64,000 nt of DNA, from positions 1,408,001 to 1,472,000 of the forward strand of contig OY781964.1 of assembly GCA_963677485.1 (NCBI GenBank), in the 5' to 3' direction. The stretch comes from Armatimonadota bacterium (lineage in GTDB: Bacteria > Armatimonadota > HRBIN16). The notes beneath the pieces are model-generated. The model was not told the DNA's origin. It saw only the letters and a program-made list of their open reading frames with translations, and ran no database searches. The translations under genes were made by a program, and so were the position numbers. Shown piece by piece: positions 52,819-62,512 of this stretch (within the stretch, counting starts at the first letter, position 1; every line of letters begins with the position of its first letter).

Positions 52819-53037
52819 ACTAGTGCATGATTAATGCGGGATTAATGCGGGATTAATGCGGGATTAGTGCGGGATTAATGCGGGATTAGTGCGGGATTAG
52901 TGCGGGATTGGCGCGAATATGGCGGGATAATGGCGCGAATGGCGGGAAATGGCGGGAAATGGCGGGATATTGCGGGATTAGTGCACAAATAATGCACAAT
53001 TAGTGCGCGATTATTGCGCAATTATTGCGCGATTAGC
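52819..53037 (+). repeat. 11-bp tandem repeat array ATTA(A/G)TGCGGG, degenerating towards the 3' end
   Basis: Seven near-perfect units at 52830-52906, then about a dozen 9-11 bp variants. Confidence 0.9.
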
Positions 53038-53118
53038 CTCTCCTTCAGCTCTCTATCGTCCGCAGGTTGAGGTGGTAAACACTGTGATCCGTCACTCGGA
53101 AAGAGGTACCTCCAGCCG

Positions 53119-54615
53119 ATGATACTGATACCCCTGCTGTTCTATCTATCTGCCATGATCGGTGTACTCGTGTGGAACATTACGGCTTGTATCATCGTTC
53201 GACGCAGCAAAGATAGATACCCGCGCTGGGGCCGGTGGTGCTGCTATATCGCCACGGTGCTCATGCTGCCCGGACTGGTCTGCGATGTGGATGGTATGAC
53301 CCCGAATCCGCCTTCGACCACATTCGGTGCCTGGCTCTACCCCCTGTCGTTCGTCATGGCTGCCGGGGCCGCCGTCGCTTTTCGTTCTACATCCGGGCCA
53401 CGCCGCTGGTTCATACCGATACTGGCGTTCAACCTCTTGATGGCGTGGGTTTATTCAGCCCGTTTGCTGTTATACCACGGGGTTCCGCTCGGTCTGGCAT
53501 TGGAAGGTCAACAGGTCGCATACGCCATGGTGCAATCGGTCATGACGATATTCCTTTATGTGTTCTTCCCAATATTGAACTGGTGGCCTGTTCTGCCCTG
53601 GCCTGTGCCATCATCTCAATCGCGCTGGCGGGTCTTGCGCGTATTACCGTCTATTGCGGCCGCACTCATCGTGTCGGCAAACATCGTAATGACGCCGTTT
53701 GGCATACGGATTGCCAATAGCTGGCGCAACCCCCTGCCAGTGGCCAGTGCGACGATACCCTCCACTTTTCGGCCCGGTCTCGTGCTGCGTGTGTCGGCTG
53801 AGCCGGGAGCGTGGGAGAAGAGAGCACCTGTGCAGCTTGCGGCGATACGCGAGCTTCGCCCCCGCGCGGTCAACCTGTTTGTCCACGACGACTTGATGCG
53901 GAATCAGGTCAAAGCGAAGGCATTGGAGCGTTTCATTAACGAGATCAAAGCCACTGGAGCGTCTATCATATTGACGGCCGACTACCCTTCAGATTGGCCG
54001 CTCCGCCCGCCAAAAACACGCGAGCAGATACTACGGGTGATGCTGCCTTACCAGCGGTTCCTGGCACGCCGCTATGAACCGGAATACCTGGTGCCTTTCA
54101 TCGAACCGTATGGAGCGTTTGTCGCGGTGACGGGACGTACGCTGCCCGCCAGCGAATGGATGGCACTGCTGCGGGCATCGGCCACCGCGGTGCATTCAGA
54201 GAGCCCCAAGGTCCGATGTGCGGTCTACCTCGGTCAGGCCGAGACCGACCGGCTGCTTTACACGCAGGTCTGTATGAAGGGATCGCCTGTCGATGTCGTG
54301 GGTTTCAGCTTCTACGCTGTGTATCAAACGCGAGAGGAGATGGCCCCCAGACTCCGCTCCGTCGCACGCTGGATTCGCGATTACGGTCGGGGTCGAGAGC
54401 ATTGGGTGTTCGAGTATGGCCAGTCGCCAGTGACCATGGGTGGAGAGCGGTCACAGCGGAACTACCTGGAGTATGTGATGCGCTGGGCGGCTGATCAGCC
54501 CAACATGCGCGGGGCGTGCGTGTTTTCTTTAGATGACGAGGCCGAAAAGCTTGGGCTCATGACGGCCCAGGGCCGTCAACGTGAGGCGTACCGTTGGTTC
54601 CGTGGCCTGAGATGA
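53119..54615 (+). CDS. Membrane protein with about six N-terminal TM helices and a C-terminal GH-like TIM barrel
   Basis: Hydrophobic N-terminal 200 aa; FIEP, DVVGFSFY, WVFEYG resemble clan GH-A. Confidence 0.6.
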   Translation: MILIPLLFYLSAMIGVLVWNITACIIVRRSKDRYPRWGRWCCYIATVLMLPGLVCDVDGMTPNPPSTTFGAWLYPLSFVMAAGAAVAFRSTSGPRRWFIPILAFNLLMAWVYSARLLLYHGVPLGLALEGQQVAYAMVQSVMTIFLYVFFPILNWWPVLPWPVPSSQSRWRVLRVLPSIAAALIVSANIVMTPFGIRIANSWRNPLPVASATIPSTFRPGLVLRVSAEPGAWEKRAPVQLAAIRELRPRAVNLFVHDDLMRNQVKAKALERFINEIKATGASIILTADYPSDWPLRPPKTREQILRVMLPYQRFLARRYEPEYLVPFIEPYGAFVAVTGRTLPASEWMALLRASATAVHSESPKVRCAVYLGQAETDRLLYTQVCMKGSPVDVVGFSFYAVYQTREEMAPRLRSVARWIRDYGRGREHWVFEYGQSPVTMGGERSQRNYLEYVMRWAADQPNMRGACVFSLDDEAEKLGLMTAQGRQREAYRWFRGLR

Positions 54616-54643
54616 GCCGAAGGCCGGCCCAGTTTTTTCGCCT

Positions 54644-56860
54644 TTACCCCCTGCGCCGTTCGTGCTTCTCATCCTGCGGGTTCACGCGGTGTATCTCTAG
54701 CACGTCACTGAGCTTGTGCAGGTGGTCCATCACCCTGCGCAGGTGCTCCACACTCCGCACATTCAGCGTGACCTTTAGATTGGCCACAGAGTCGTCATCT
54801 AAAAATGCGTCGAGGGTATAAATACCGGCGCTGCAGTCGGTCAGTGCTTGCGACACACTGCTGATCAGTCCCGTCCGTTCCGCGGCGGTGATGCGCACAG
54901 GGGTGTGATACGTCACGTCCGGCTGTTCTTCCCACTCAAAACGACATACATTGTCCGGATCGGACATACGCTGTGTAAAGAATTTCGCACAGTCCGCCCT
55001 ATGTACTGTAATGCCACGACTTTTTGGCGGCCGCCAGCCATATACAGCATCACCTGGCAAAGGCAGGCAGCACGTGGCTCGCCGTAACAGGTTGTGCAAT
55101 ATGCAGAGTTTTGGCCCTTCGCGGTGTTCCCGCAGCAACCGCGTGATGGCTCTATCGGCACTGAACTGCCCATCCCCCAGCCCAGACAGGAAGGCATCGG
55201 CACCACCCAGTCCCAGCCGTTTTGCCATCTGCAGGATCGCCTCAGGTGTCAACATCTGCTGCGGATCGGGACCAAATCGAGAAGCGGCGGCGAGGAGCAT
55301 CTGTCGACCCTTTTCGATATTGCTTGCCAAAGCTTGCTTGCGGATGCTGGTCTTGATCGCCCTGAGAGCTAAAGGTGTGTGAGCATGGTTTAACCAGTGG
55401 ACCGAAGGCATCACATCTGGTTTCGTAATGATCTCGACCACATCACCCTTTTTCAGGATCGTATTCATGAACACGGGAGTTCGGTTGATGATGGCACCAG
55501 AATAGTGCATACCCAGTTCCGAGTGAATACGGAAAGCAAAATCGAGCGGTGTGGAACCCGCCTGTAAATCCACGACATCGCCCTTCGGTGTAAACACAGT
55601 GATCGAGGTACCGCCCAGATCTTCACGCAGCAGGCGCAGATACTCGTCGGGTTCGACATCCTTCTCCTGTGTCCACAACAAAAGCTGCTGCTGCAGTTTG
55701 GCGAAACGCTGTTCCAGCTTACAGTTGTGTGCGGGAGACTCCCCGTCGCGCCAGTAGGAGGCCAGACCGTAGTCGGCACTACGGTGCATCTCCTGGCTGC
55801 GTATCAAAATCCGCATTTCCATGCCGTTATGCCCAACCACCGTGGTATGCAGGGCCTCATACAGGTTCGAACGGCTTCTGGCTATGAAATCCTCGAATTT
55901 ACCAGGCACAGGCAGCCATAATCCATGCACAATGCCAAGTGTCTCGTAGCAACTGCTCACAGAAGGCACCACCACGACAATCGAAAACAGATCGAATATC
56001 TGCTCGGCACTCAACTCACCGCGGTGGGTTTTCATCACTACTTCGTAGAGGTGACGCTTCTGAACCATCACACTGGCATTCACACTACGGCCATAGAAGG
56101 CATTTCGGAGATCGTTGATCGCACTGCTCAGGATATATCCCTGCTTGGCGAAGGTGGCATCCATCTGAATGCGCATATTCTTGGCGAGGTGGGGCTCAAG
56201 TTCACTAAATGCGATATCCTCAAGCTCAGTTCGGATGGGCCATACTCCCAGCTTTTCGGCAAGAGGGGCGTATATCTGCAGCGTTTCGGCAGCCAGGCGT
56301 CTCCGTTTGGCGGCACTGGGAAGAGCACCCAGACTGCGCATATTATGCAGCCTGTCAGCCAGCTTCACCGCCAACACTCGAATGTCCTTCGCCACACCAT
56401 ACAGGATTTTACGCAGCGTCTGGGCTTTAGCACGCGTATCGCTCAGTTCCCTCACGCGGTCAGGATTGGTGGCCTCCACATCGATGTCTTCTGGTGTCAC
56501 CATATCACGTGGGATTTTGGTCACAGCGTCTACAATTTCCGCCACTTCATGCCCGAAGTGAGCACGCACCATCTCCAGATCGACTTGAGGGCAATCCTCC
56601 ACCGTGTCGTGCAGCAGCGCAGCCTGCACCGTCGGTGGGTCCATTTCCAGGTGCGCCACGATCTCAGCCACACTCAGGGGATGCTCTATGTAAGGCGTGA
56701 CGTGATCCGCACGCATCTGCCCTGTATGTGCCTCATAAGCGAATAGAAATGTCCGCTCAATCAACCCCTCGGGACAATTCGGATAGGCGGTCATAATGGT
56801 GTCTTGAAGTTTGGCTACGCGTTTCGCAAAGCGATCGGGTATTGCCTGTAAATTGCTCAT
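54644..56860 (-). CDS. Long RelA/SpoT homologue with intact HD hydrolase and degenerate synthetase
   Basis: LLHDTVED and KLADRLHNMR are intact, synthetase motifs are eroded, and TGS/ZFD/ACT are present. Start MSNLQ overlaps the upstream stop (ATGA). Confidence 0.88.
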   Translation of the reverse strand: MSNLQAIPDRFAKRVAKLQDTIMTAYPNCPEGLIERTFLFAYEAHTGQMRADHVTPYIEHPLSVAEIVAHLEMDPPTVQAALLHDTVEDCPQVDLEMVRAHFGHEVAEIVDAVTKIPRDMVTPEDIDVEATNPDRVRELSDTRAKAQTLRKILYGVAKDIRVLAVKLADRLHNMRSLGALPSAAKRRRLAAETLQIYAPLAEKLGVWPIRTELEDIAFSELEPHLAKNMRIQMDATFAKQGYILSSAINDLRNAFYGRSVNASVMVQKRHLYEVVMKTHRGELSAEQIFDLFSIVVVVPSVSSCYETLGIVHGLWLPVPGKFEDFIARSRSNLYEALHTTVVGHNGMEMRILIRSQEMHRSADYGLASYWRDGESPAHNCKLEQRFAKLQQQLLLWTQEKDVEPDEYLRLLREDLGGTSITVFTPKGDVVDLQAGSTPLDFAFRIHSELGMHYSGAIINRTPVFMNTILKKGDVVEIITKPDVMPSVHWLNHAHTPLALRAIKTSIRKQALASNIEKGRQMLLAAASRFGPDPQQMLTPEAILQMAKRLGLGGADAFLSGLGDGQFSADRAITRLLREHREGPKLCILHNLLRRATCCLPLPGDAVYGWRPPKSRGITVHRADCAKFFTQRMSDPDNVCRFEWEEQPDVTYHTPVRITAAERTGLISSVSQALTDCSAGIYTLDAFLDDDSVANLKVTLNVRSVEHLRRVMDHLHKLSDVLEIHRVNPQDEKHERRRG

Positions 56861-59124
56861 AATGCCTCTTCCTGCGGGCCTTCGCGGCGCACCAAAAGCA
56901 CAGACGGCACACTCCGGCAACGGTCGATCAATGTTTGCAGATGGCTTAGCCCCGTGACCTCACAGCAGATGTCTGTGACCGAACTAGCCTGTTTCGTGAC
57001 TTTGGACTTAAAGCTGGTGATGTTGGTTTTGGTGTCGCTAAAGTTGGAGATGATCTCGGGCCAAATACCATGCCTGTCCATGAACTCGATGCGTACGGTG
57101 GCACTAAAAACTTCGCCTGCCCGCTCGTTCCACTCAATCAACACCAGCCGTTCCGGCTCAGTGCGCTGATAGTTCTTCGCGTTTGGGCAGCAAGAACGGT
57201 GCATCATCAGTCCACGACCGCGGCTGGTATACCCCAGCACCACATCGCCAGGGATCGGTGAGCAGCAGCGTCCCCGCTTGATCATGACATTATCGATGCC
57301 GCCCACAACCAGTTTGGTCTCTTTTTCAACCACCTTGCTGATGGGTGTAATCAGCTCGTTAGTCACAGGGGCGTCAGGCAACAGCCGCTGACCGATGGCC
57401 TGTGCGGAGGCGCGACCATCGGCTACTGCGGCGTAGACGTCGTCGATATCGTGGAAGCTCATGCGTCGCACGATCTCATCAAGCGCGTCCGGCCTCAGCA
57501 GTTCGTGCGGTTCGAGCCCTAGCCGCTCCGCCTCCTTTTCAAGAAGCTCGCGGCCACGCTGCACATTCGCATCATGGTCTAGTTTGCGGAAAAAGTTTCG
57601 TATCTTACTGCGGGCATGGTTAGTTTTGACAAAGTTCAGCCAGTCACGGCTGGGTTCCGCGTTGGAGCGGGTGACGATCTCCACCACATCCCCGTTCTTC
57701 AGTTGCGTGTTGACGGGGGTCATACGGCCATTGACCTTGGCACCCACGCAGAGATTACCCATGTTAGTATGCACGCGGTAAGCGAAGTCGATGGGTGTAG
57801 AGCCCGCAACCAGGTCTACCACCTCACCCTTGGGTGTGAACACAAAAACCAGGTCGCTGAACAGGTTTTTTACCACGCTGCCAAGGAATGTGGTGTCTTC
57901 GCGGCCTTCTACCTGCCAGTTAAATAACTGCTGCCGCAGGTTGGTCATACGCCGCTCGAAGGTGTCATCCCCAGATCCGCCCTCTTTATACTGCCAGTGG
58001 GCGGCCAGCCCAAAGTCGGCGTTGCGGTGCATCTGCCAGGTACGTATCTGCACCTCCAGCGGCTGCTGGTTAGGCCCGAATACTTTAGTGTGGATGCTCT
58101 GGTAGAGGTTACTTTTCGGTCTGGCGATGTAATCATCAAAGCGGTTTGGAATCGGCTGCCACAGATCATGCACAATGCCCAGCGTATGGTAGCAGTCGCC
58201 AACCGTCTCGGTGATCACCCGCAAGGCTAACAGGTCAAAAATCTGATCGAGGTCCAACTGCTCTTTGATCATCTTATTGTAGATGCTATATAGGTGCTTG
58301 GGCCGGCCCTGCACCTCGGCGTTGATGCCCTCGCGTTCCAGTCGGTTCTTCAAGATGCCGATGGCCCGCTGGATATCGCGTTCGCGAACCTGCCGAGTGG
58401 AAGAGACCCTGGTGGCCAGTTGATGATAGGCTTCGGGGTTCCGCAGTTTGAAAGAAAGGTCTTCCAGCTCCCATTTCAACTGCCACACACCCAGGCGATG
58501 GCTCAACGGCGCATAGATGGCCAGAGTCTCTTCTGCGATCCGCTGCTGAGTATGTTGATCATACATATCGGCACTTCGGAGCTGGTGAAGGCGGTCGGCA
58601 AGTTTCAATACAATCACACGCAGGTCGCGCGACATCGCCAGAAGTATCTTACGGAGGTTCACCGCCGCAGCCTGTTGTATTTTCATCCGGCGGCGGCGGT
58701 CATGGTCGGTTTCGTCCTCAGCTACCTCATCCACATCGCGCAGCTCGAACACGCTGAGCGTGCTGATGCTATGCACAATGCCGGCTACTTCGTCACCGAA
58801 GCGGGCTTTTAAAGTATCAAGGGTGACCAACTGGCGGGGATAATACGTATTATGCAGGATGGCAGCGCAGATAGCCGCCGCATCCATTTCGAGGCCGATG
58901 AGTATTTGCGCGACTTGCACGGGGTGTTCGAAGAGTTCGAGGTGGGTGGTTTCGTCGATGTTGTTCAACATCACGGACTTGGCGAATTCGGCAGCCGCGA
59001 GGATAGCCGCACGCTCTTCTTCTGTATGAGTTTCAGGCAGTTCAGCTAGCAGCTTTTGAACCTGAAGATCATACCGCTTTGATACTGCGTCAAGGCTTAT
59101 GTCGATGTGCTCTGTTGTACCCAT
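56857..59124 (-). CDS. relA: Long RelA/SpoT homologue with intact synthetase and degenerate hydrolase
   Basis: GRPKHLYSI, DLLALRV, DYIARPKSNLYQSIHT and EVQIRT are intact, while the HD motif reads HNTYY. Start is 59124 (ATG) or 59199. Confidence 0.9.
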   Translation of the reverse strand: MGTTEHIDISLDAVSKRYDLQVQKLLAELPETHTEEERAAILAAAEFAKSVMLNNIDETTHLELFEHPVQVAQILIGLEMDAAAICAAILHNTYYPRQLVTLDTLKARFGDEVAGIVHSISTLSVFELRDVDEVAEDETDHDRRRRMKIQQAAAVNLRKILLAMSRDLRVIVLKLADRLHQLRSADMYDQHTQQRIAEETLAIYAPLSHRLGVWQLKWELEDLSFKLRNPEAYHQLATRVSSTRQVRERDIQRAIGILKNRLEREGINAEVQGRPKHLYSIYNKMIKEQLDLDQIFDLLALRVITETVGDCYHTLGIVHDLWQPIPNRFDDYIARPKSNLYQSIHTKVFGPNQQPLEVQIRTWQMHRNADFGLAAHWQYKEGGSGDDTFERRMTNLRQQLFNWQVEGREDTTFLGSVVKNLFSDLVFVFTPKGEVVDLVAGSTPIDFAYRVHTNMGNLCVGAKVNGRMTPVNTQLKNGDVVEIVTRSNAEPSRDWLNFVKTNHARSKIRNFFRKLDHDANVQRGRELLEKEAERLGLEPHELLRPDALDEIVRRMSFHDIDDVYAAVADGRASAQAIGQRLLPDAPVTNELITPISKVVEKETKLVVGGIDNVMIKRGRCCSPIPGDVVLGYTSRGRGLMMHRSCCPNAKNYQRTEPERLVLIEWNERAGEVFSATVRIEFMDRHGIWPEIISNFSDTKTNITSFKSKVTKQASSVTDICCEVTGLSHLQTLIDRCRSVPSVLLVRREGPQEEAL

Positions 59125-59367
59125 GCTGGGGTCAATACCACCGTTGTCTACTGTTTTTATATTATACTCAACAATCGCACCTGGATGACTTGAGCACACT
59201 ACGCCACATATTTACACCTATAAGCGCACTGTATAACATGTTAGCGCACCGTGCGTGTGTCTCATATTTAGACTCCGGCGCGGTGACATTCAAATGAGAA
59301 TGAAGCGCGCTGAGCCATTTGTTGTCATTCAACTCGACTTAATGTTAGTGATTGCGGGAGGCACACT

Positions 59368-60195
59368 ATGAAGCTCGTTAAGGCGCAGAAATTTACTCCA
59401 TTCCCCTCTTCTATTATAAGATCAGGGTTGTGGGCGCAGCTGTCAGCATCGGCGAAAGCCGTCTATGTCTGTCTGCTTGATCGGTCCGATGGAAACACCT
59501 GCAAGTGTTGGCCAAGCTATGCTACGATCGCGAAAGATGCGGGTATCTGCAGGGCATCGGCAATCGTGGCTGTGAAGGAACTTATGACCAAGGAACTGGT
59601 GATAATAGAAGCCAGGCATGACGACGAAGGCGACCAGGCAAGCAACATCTACACTATGATGGTGCCGGACGATGAGCAGGAATACCCTAGTGTAAATAAT
59701 GCACTAGGTAGTCCAGAAAATAGACCACCCCAGTCTAAAAATCAGACTACCGGTAGTCCAAATTCTAGACCCGAACGAGACCCAATTGAACCAGACCCAT
59801 TGAACGGAGATTCCCCTACGGGATCGGCTGCCGCCGATGCGCCTCACAAAGCGATCAAACCCGATGTTTATCAAGCCGTTCTCGAGGTCTACAACCTCGC
59901 GTGGATGCCGGAACCTCCGAAGAGTGAGGTTGGGCGGGTGCTGAAATACATGAAAGAGGCCCTTAGCAGCGGGTGGGACACGCAGCGCATCGCCACCGCC
60001 TGGATGAATGCCCGCAAACACGCCACAAACCCACACTTCTGGACGCTGTCGTATTGCCTGGTGCACCTGACCGAGGCGGAGGCGATGACCTCGCGGCCTG
60101 GTGGCAAGCCGCCAAAGTTGACCGATGAAGAGCTTGAGGCACGGGCAAGGGCGAACGCACAAAGCGTGCAGGGGGTGCTCCACAATGACCGATGA
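59368..60195 (+). CDS. Phage replication initiator (N-terminal wHTH)
   Basis: LSASAKAVY...CWPSYATIAKDAG...SNIY, plus internal iteron-like repeats. Confidence 0.75.
   Translation: MKLVKAQKFTPFPSSIIRSGLWAQLSASAKAVYVCLLDRSDGNTCKCWPSYATIAKDAGICRASAIVAVKELMTKELVIIEARHDDEGDQASNIYTMMVPDDEQEYPSVNNALGSPENRPPQSKNQTTGSPNSRPERDPIEPDPLNGDSPTGSAAADAPHKAIKPDVYQAVLEVYNLAWMPEPPKSEVGRVLKYMKEALSSGWDTQRIATAWMNARKHATNPHFWTLSYCLVHLTEAEAMTSRPGGKPPKLTDEELEARARANAQSVQGVLHNDR
59689..59771. promoter_or_regulatory. Iteron-like repeats, putative phage origin
   Basis: Four 17-bp imperfect palindromes (agtgtaaataatgcact, agtccagaaaatagacc, agtctaaaaatcagact, agtccaaattctagacc) spaced 21-23 bp. Confidence 0.6.
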
Positions 60196-60814
60196 GAGAT
60201 TCGCCGACGCGATGGCGTTCTTCGCCATCACCTACGGCGCGGAATACAGCGCGAAGCAGCAGACCATGTGGCGGGTGCAGATCGAACGCCACAACATCAG
60301 CGACGCGGAGTTCGACGCGGCATTGGATAAGTTTTTGATGACCAAGGAGTCGAACTTCATGCCGCGCACACCCGGCGCGGTGCTGTGCTACGTGGTGGAT
60401 GCCCGCCAGCAGGCGAAGATCGAGGGCTTGCCGACTGTCACTGAGGCCGCTATCGAAGTGCGGCGCAAGCTTGACGCCTACGGCCCGATGCCGGAGTATT
60501 CGCATCCACTGATACGCCTGGCTGTCGAGAGCATCGGATATTCAAGCCTGGTAAGGTATGACAGTGTGAAGCTGCAAGAGATATTCGGATATCGATATGG
60601 AGAGCTGCGGAAAAACTACCTCGAAGGCGGCGGTGAGGCTATTATGCAACGGATCGAGGCAGGAAAGAAGCCAAAGCAGCTAACAGGCGGCAATGTATCC
60701 TCTGGGAATTACCGCGAAGTGGCCCAGGAGCCGCCTGCACCACGCGGCGCGCCATCGAATGCGCTGCAAGCGATGCTGGCAAGGATCGGGAACCTCAGGG
60801 TGGCTACAAAGTGA
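60185..60814 (+). CDS. Phage replication accessory protein (helicase loader/inhibitor-like)
   Basis: Position after the initiator; MTDERF...F.P motif, HPLIRLAVESIG. Confidence 0.55.
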   Translation: MTDERFADAMAFFAITYGAEYSAKQQTMWRVQIERHNISDAEFDAALDKFLMTKESNFMPRTPGAVLCYVVDARQQAKIEGLPTVTEAAIEVRRKLDAYGPMPEYSHPLIRLAVESIGYSSLVRYDSVKLQEIFGYRYGELRKNYLEGGGEAIMQRIEAGKKPKQLTGGNVSSGNYREVAQEPPAPRGAPSNALQAMLARIGNLRVATK

Positions 60815-61218
60815 TCACAAAATGCGTAATCATGCCGATTCACACAAAGTGGCTGGACCTGATAATTAACGGCGAGAAAATCATCGAACTGCGGCGCCAG
60901 GACCTGAGGGAAGGCATCCACACCGTGCTCTTCTATGAATGCAAAACTGGGCAAATCACCGCGGCTGCGGAGGTGCTCAGCTTATCGATGAAGTCGATCC
61001 ACACTCTGGAAAGTCAATACTCACGCCACACATGTGTCACATCGTCGGAATTGAGCAAATACGCAGCTGGTAACCAATGGCTATTATGCATCGTGCTGAT
61101 GGACGCTATTCGCCTTACAACACCCATCACGCTTGCTGAAGTTGGTTTGACCCGCGCACCACAGTCATACGTTTACAGAGATATCGACTGTAGCCGGCTG
61201 CAAGGAGTAAGCGAATGA
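60811..61218 (+). CDS. ASCH/PUA-domain protein
   Basis: IHTKWLDLIINGEKIIELRR, RAPQSYVY. Confidence 0.8.
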   Translation: MITKCVIMPIHTKWLDLIINGEKIIELRRQDLREGIHTVLFYECKTGQITAAAEVLSLSMKSIHTLESQYSRHTCVTSSELSKYAAGNQWLLCIVLMDAIRLTTPITLAEVGLTRAPQSYVYRDIDCSRLQGVSE

Positions 61219-61502
61219 GGAAGCCATCGGAGTTCATAGGCCATCACCTGATGGCCGCAAATGGCCGCATGTGGAGCTGCAGGGCGTGCGGCGGGTCGTA
61301 TGTGGTGGTAGGCCACACGCTGGACACAAAGGGCAAGGTGGCCTATCTGCGCGGGCTATGCAGCAACTGCCTAGCTGAGAGCTACCGCAACTACAGCGAG
61401 GGCCAGCGGCCAATAGAGGCCAAGTGGCCGGTGAAGCTAGCGATGATCAGAAACGACCGATGGCCCGCATGGGCCTCTAAAGGAGTATTCGACTGTGAGT
61501 GA
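61215..61502 (+). CDS. Hypothetical zinc-ribbon protein
   Basis: CxxC...CxxC and ATGA coupling. Confidence 0.55.
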   Translation: MRKPSEFIGHHLMAANGRMWSCRACGGSYVVVGHTLDTKGKVAYLRGLCSNCLAESYRNYSEGQRPIEAKWPVKLAMIRNDRWPAWASKGVFDCE

Positions 61503-61977
61503 AAATCAAGCGCAGCACCTTACAAAGGTGCAAGGACGTGCATATCTGCCAGTGGATGCCCGCATCGTGGCATTCAGGGAGGATCACCCAGAGTGGGCAA
61601 TCGAGACCGAGGTGACCTTTACGGATGACATGAACGCGTGCATCGTGAAGTGCTCGGTGAAGGACGAAACCGGGCGTGTGCTGGCAAACGGCCACAAGAA
61701 GGAGAGCTCGGCAGCATTCGCGGACTTCGTGGAGAAGGCTGAGACGGGCGCGATCGGGCGGGCGCTGAAGTTGATGGGATATGGAACCCTTAACGCACTG
61801 AATGAGGCGGGCGCGCCATGTGGTGATAAAATACAGACAGATACACCTGCAAATATACCCACTGCTGAGGCGTGCGTATCCTGCGGGTGTGTGTTGACCG
61901 CTGGGCAGGCTGCGCTGGCCATGAAGCGGTATGAGCGGCTGATCTGTGGCGCGTGCCAGAAGGGAGCGGGGAAGTGA
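61495..61977 (+). CDS. Possible Rad52/Sak-like single-strand annealing protein with C-terminal zinc finger
   Basis: YLPVDARIVAFREDHP, EKAETGAIGRAL..MGYG, CxxC...CxxC. Confidence 0.55.
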   Translation: MSENQAQHLTKVQGRAYLPVDARIVAFREDHPEWAIETEVTFTDDMNACIVKCSVKDETGRVLANGHKKESSAAFADFVEKAETGAIGRALKLMGYGTLNALNEAGAPCGDKIQTDTPANIPTAEACVSCGCVLTAGQAALAMKRYERLICGACQKGAGK

Positions 61978-62195
61978 AAAGCGAAACAAAGATGATACCT
62001 GTGACGGTCGCGTTACAAGGCGAATGCTGCCATCAAACGTGCCCGCAGCTTAGAATGCGAGATGCTGGCCGTGGTGATGCATGGCGCTGTAAGTGGTTGG
62101 ACTGCAAACTTGAGAAGTGCTTCATGCCCAATCAGCCTGCCTTTCGAGCATTCCAATGCATTGAGGTATTTGGGGATGGAGAAGAAGCCAGTTGA
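61974..62195 (+). CDS. Small Cys-rich hypothetical protein
   Basis: Overlaps both neighbours by 4 bp. Confidence 0.45.
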   Translation: MKSETKMIPVTVALQGECCHQTCPQLRMRDAGRGDAWRCKWLDCKLEKCFMPNQPAFRAFQCIEVFGDGEEAS

Positions 62196-62512
62196 GTGAC
62201 TACGAGAACCAACTTGCCTTGCAACTGAAGCTCACCGGTCACGCTGATGTGGTGACTGAGCTGAGGTTTGCAGATGGCAGGCGGTTCCGGTTTGATGTGG
62301 CGTTGCCAGCGCATCAGTTGGCAGTGGAGATCGACGGCGGCTGCTTCAATGGTGGCCGCCATGTGTCGGCGGCGGGCATACGGTCCGAGCATGAGAAGAG
62401 TTACCTTGCGGCGTTGTATGGTTGGAGAGTGATCCACGTGTTGCCAGAAGATGTGCGCTCTGGGGTGGCGTTGGCGCGCATTGAGAAGGTGATCCGTGGA
62501 TGTGGAGGCTGA
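62192..62512 (+). CDS. PD-(D/E)XK (DUF559/Vsr-like) endonuclease
   Basis: RRFRFDVA, LAVEIDGG, GRH, GWRVI. Confidence 0.75.
   Translation: MSDYENQLALQLKLTGHADVVTELRFADGRRFRFDVALPAHQLAVEIDGGCFNGGRHVSAAGIRSEHEKSYLAALYGWRVIHVLPEDVRSGVALARIEKVIRGCGG

Larger units (their letters stand above)
51096..52830 (+). pseudogene. Broken AlbA_2 (Schlafen-like)/HATPase_c_4/wHTH gene: 5' stub 51096-51180, 3' part about 52354-52830
   Basis: Stub reads MMSDESETIEHKLSLAERKEIVESVAS. The 3' part reads IYDDRLEVWNPG...SRPRNP...IEHWGTG followed by a wHTH. Confidence 0.7.

Noticed and set aside
52819-53037. CRISPR array (also considered for 6860-7330)
   Set aside because: Units are 11 bp or palindromic modules with no unique spacers, and no cas genes are present.
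59125-59367. tRNA or att site at the prophage boundary
   Set aside because: No cloverleaf or T-loop motif is present, and no partner repeat was found in the window.
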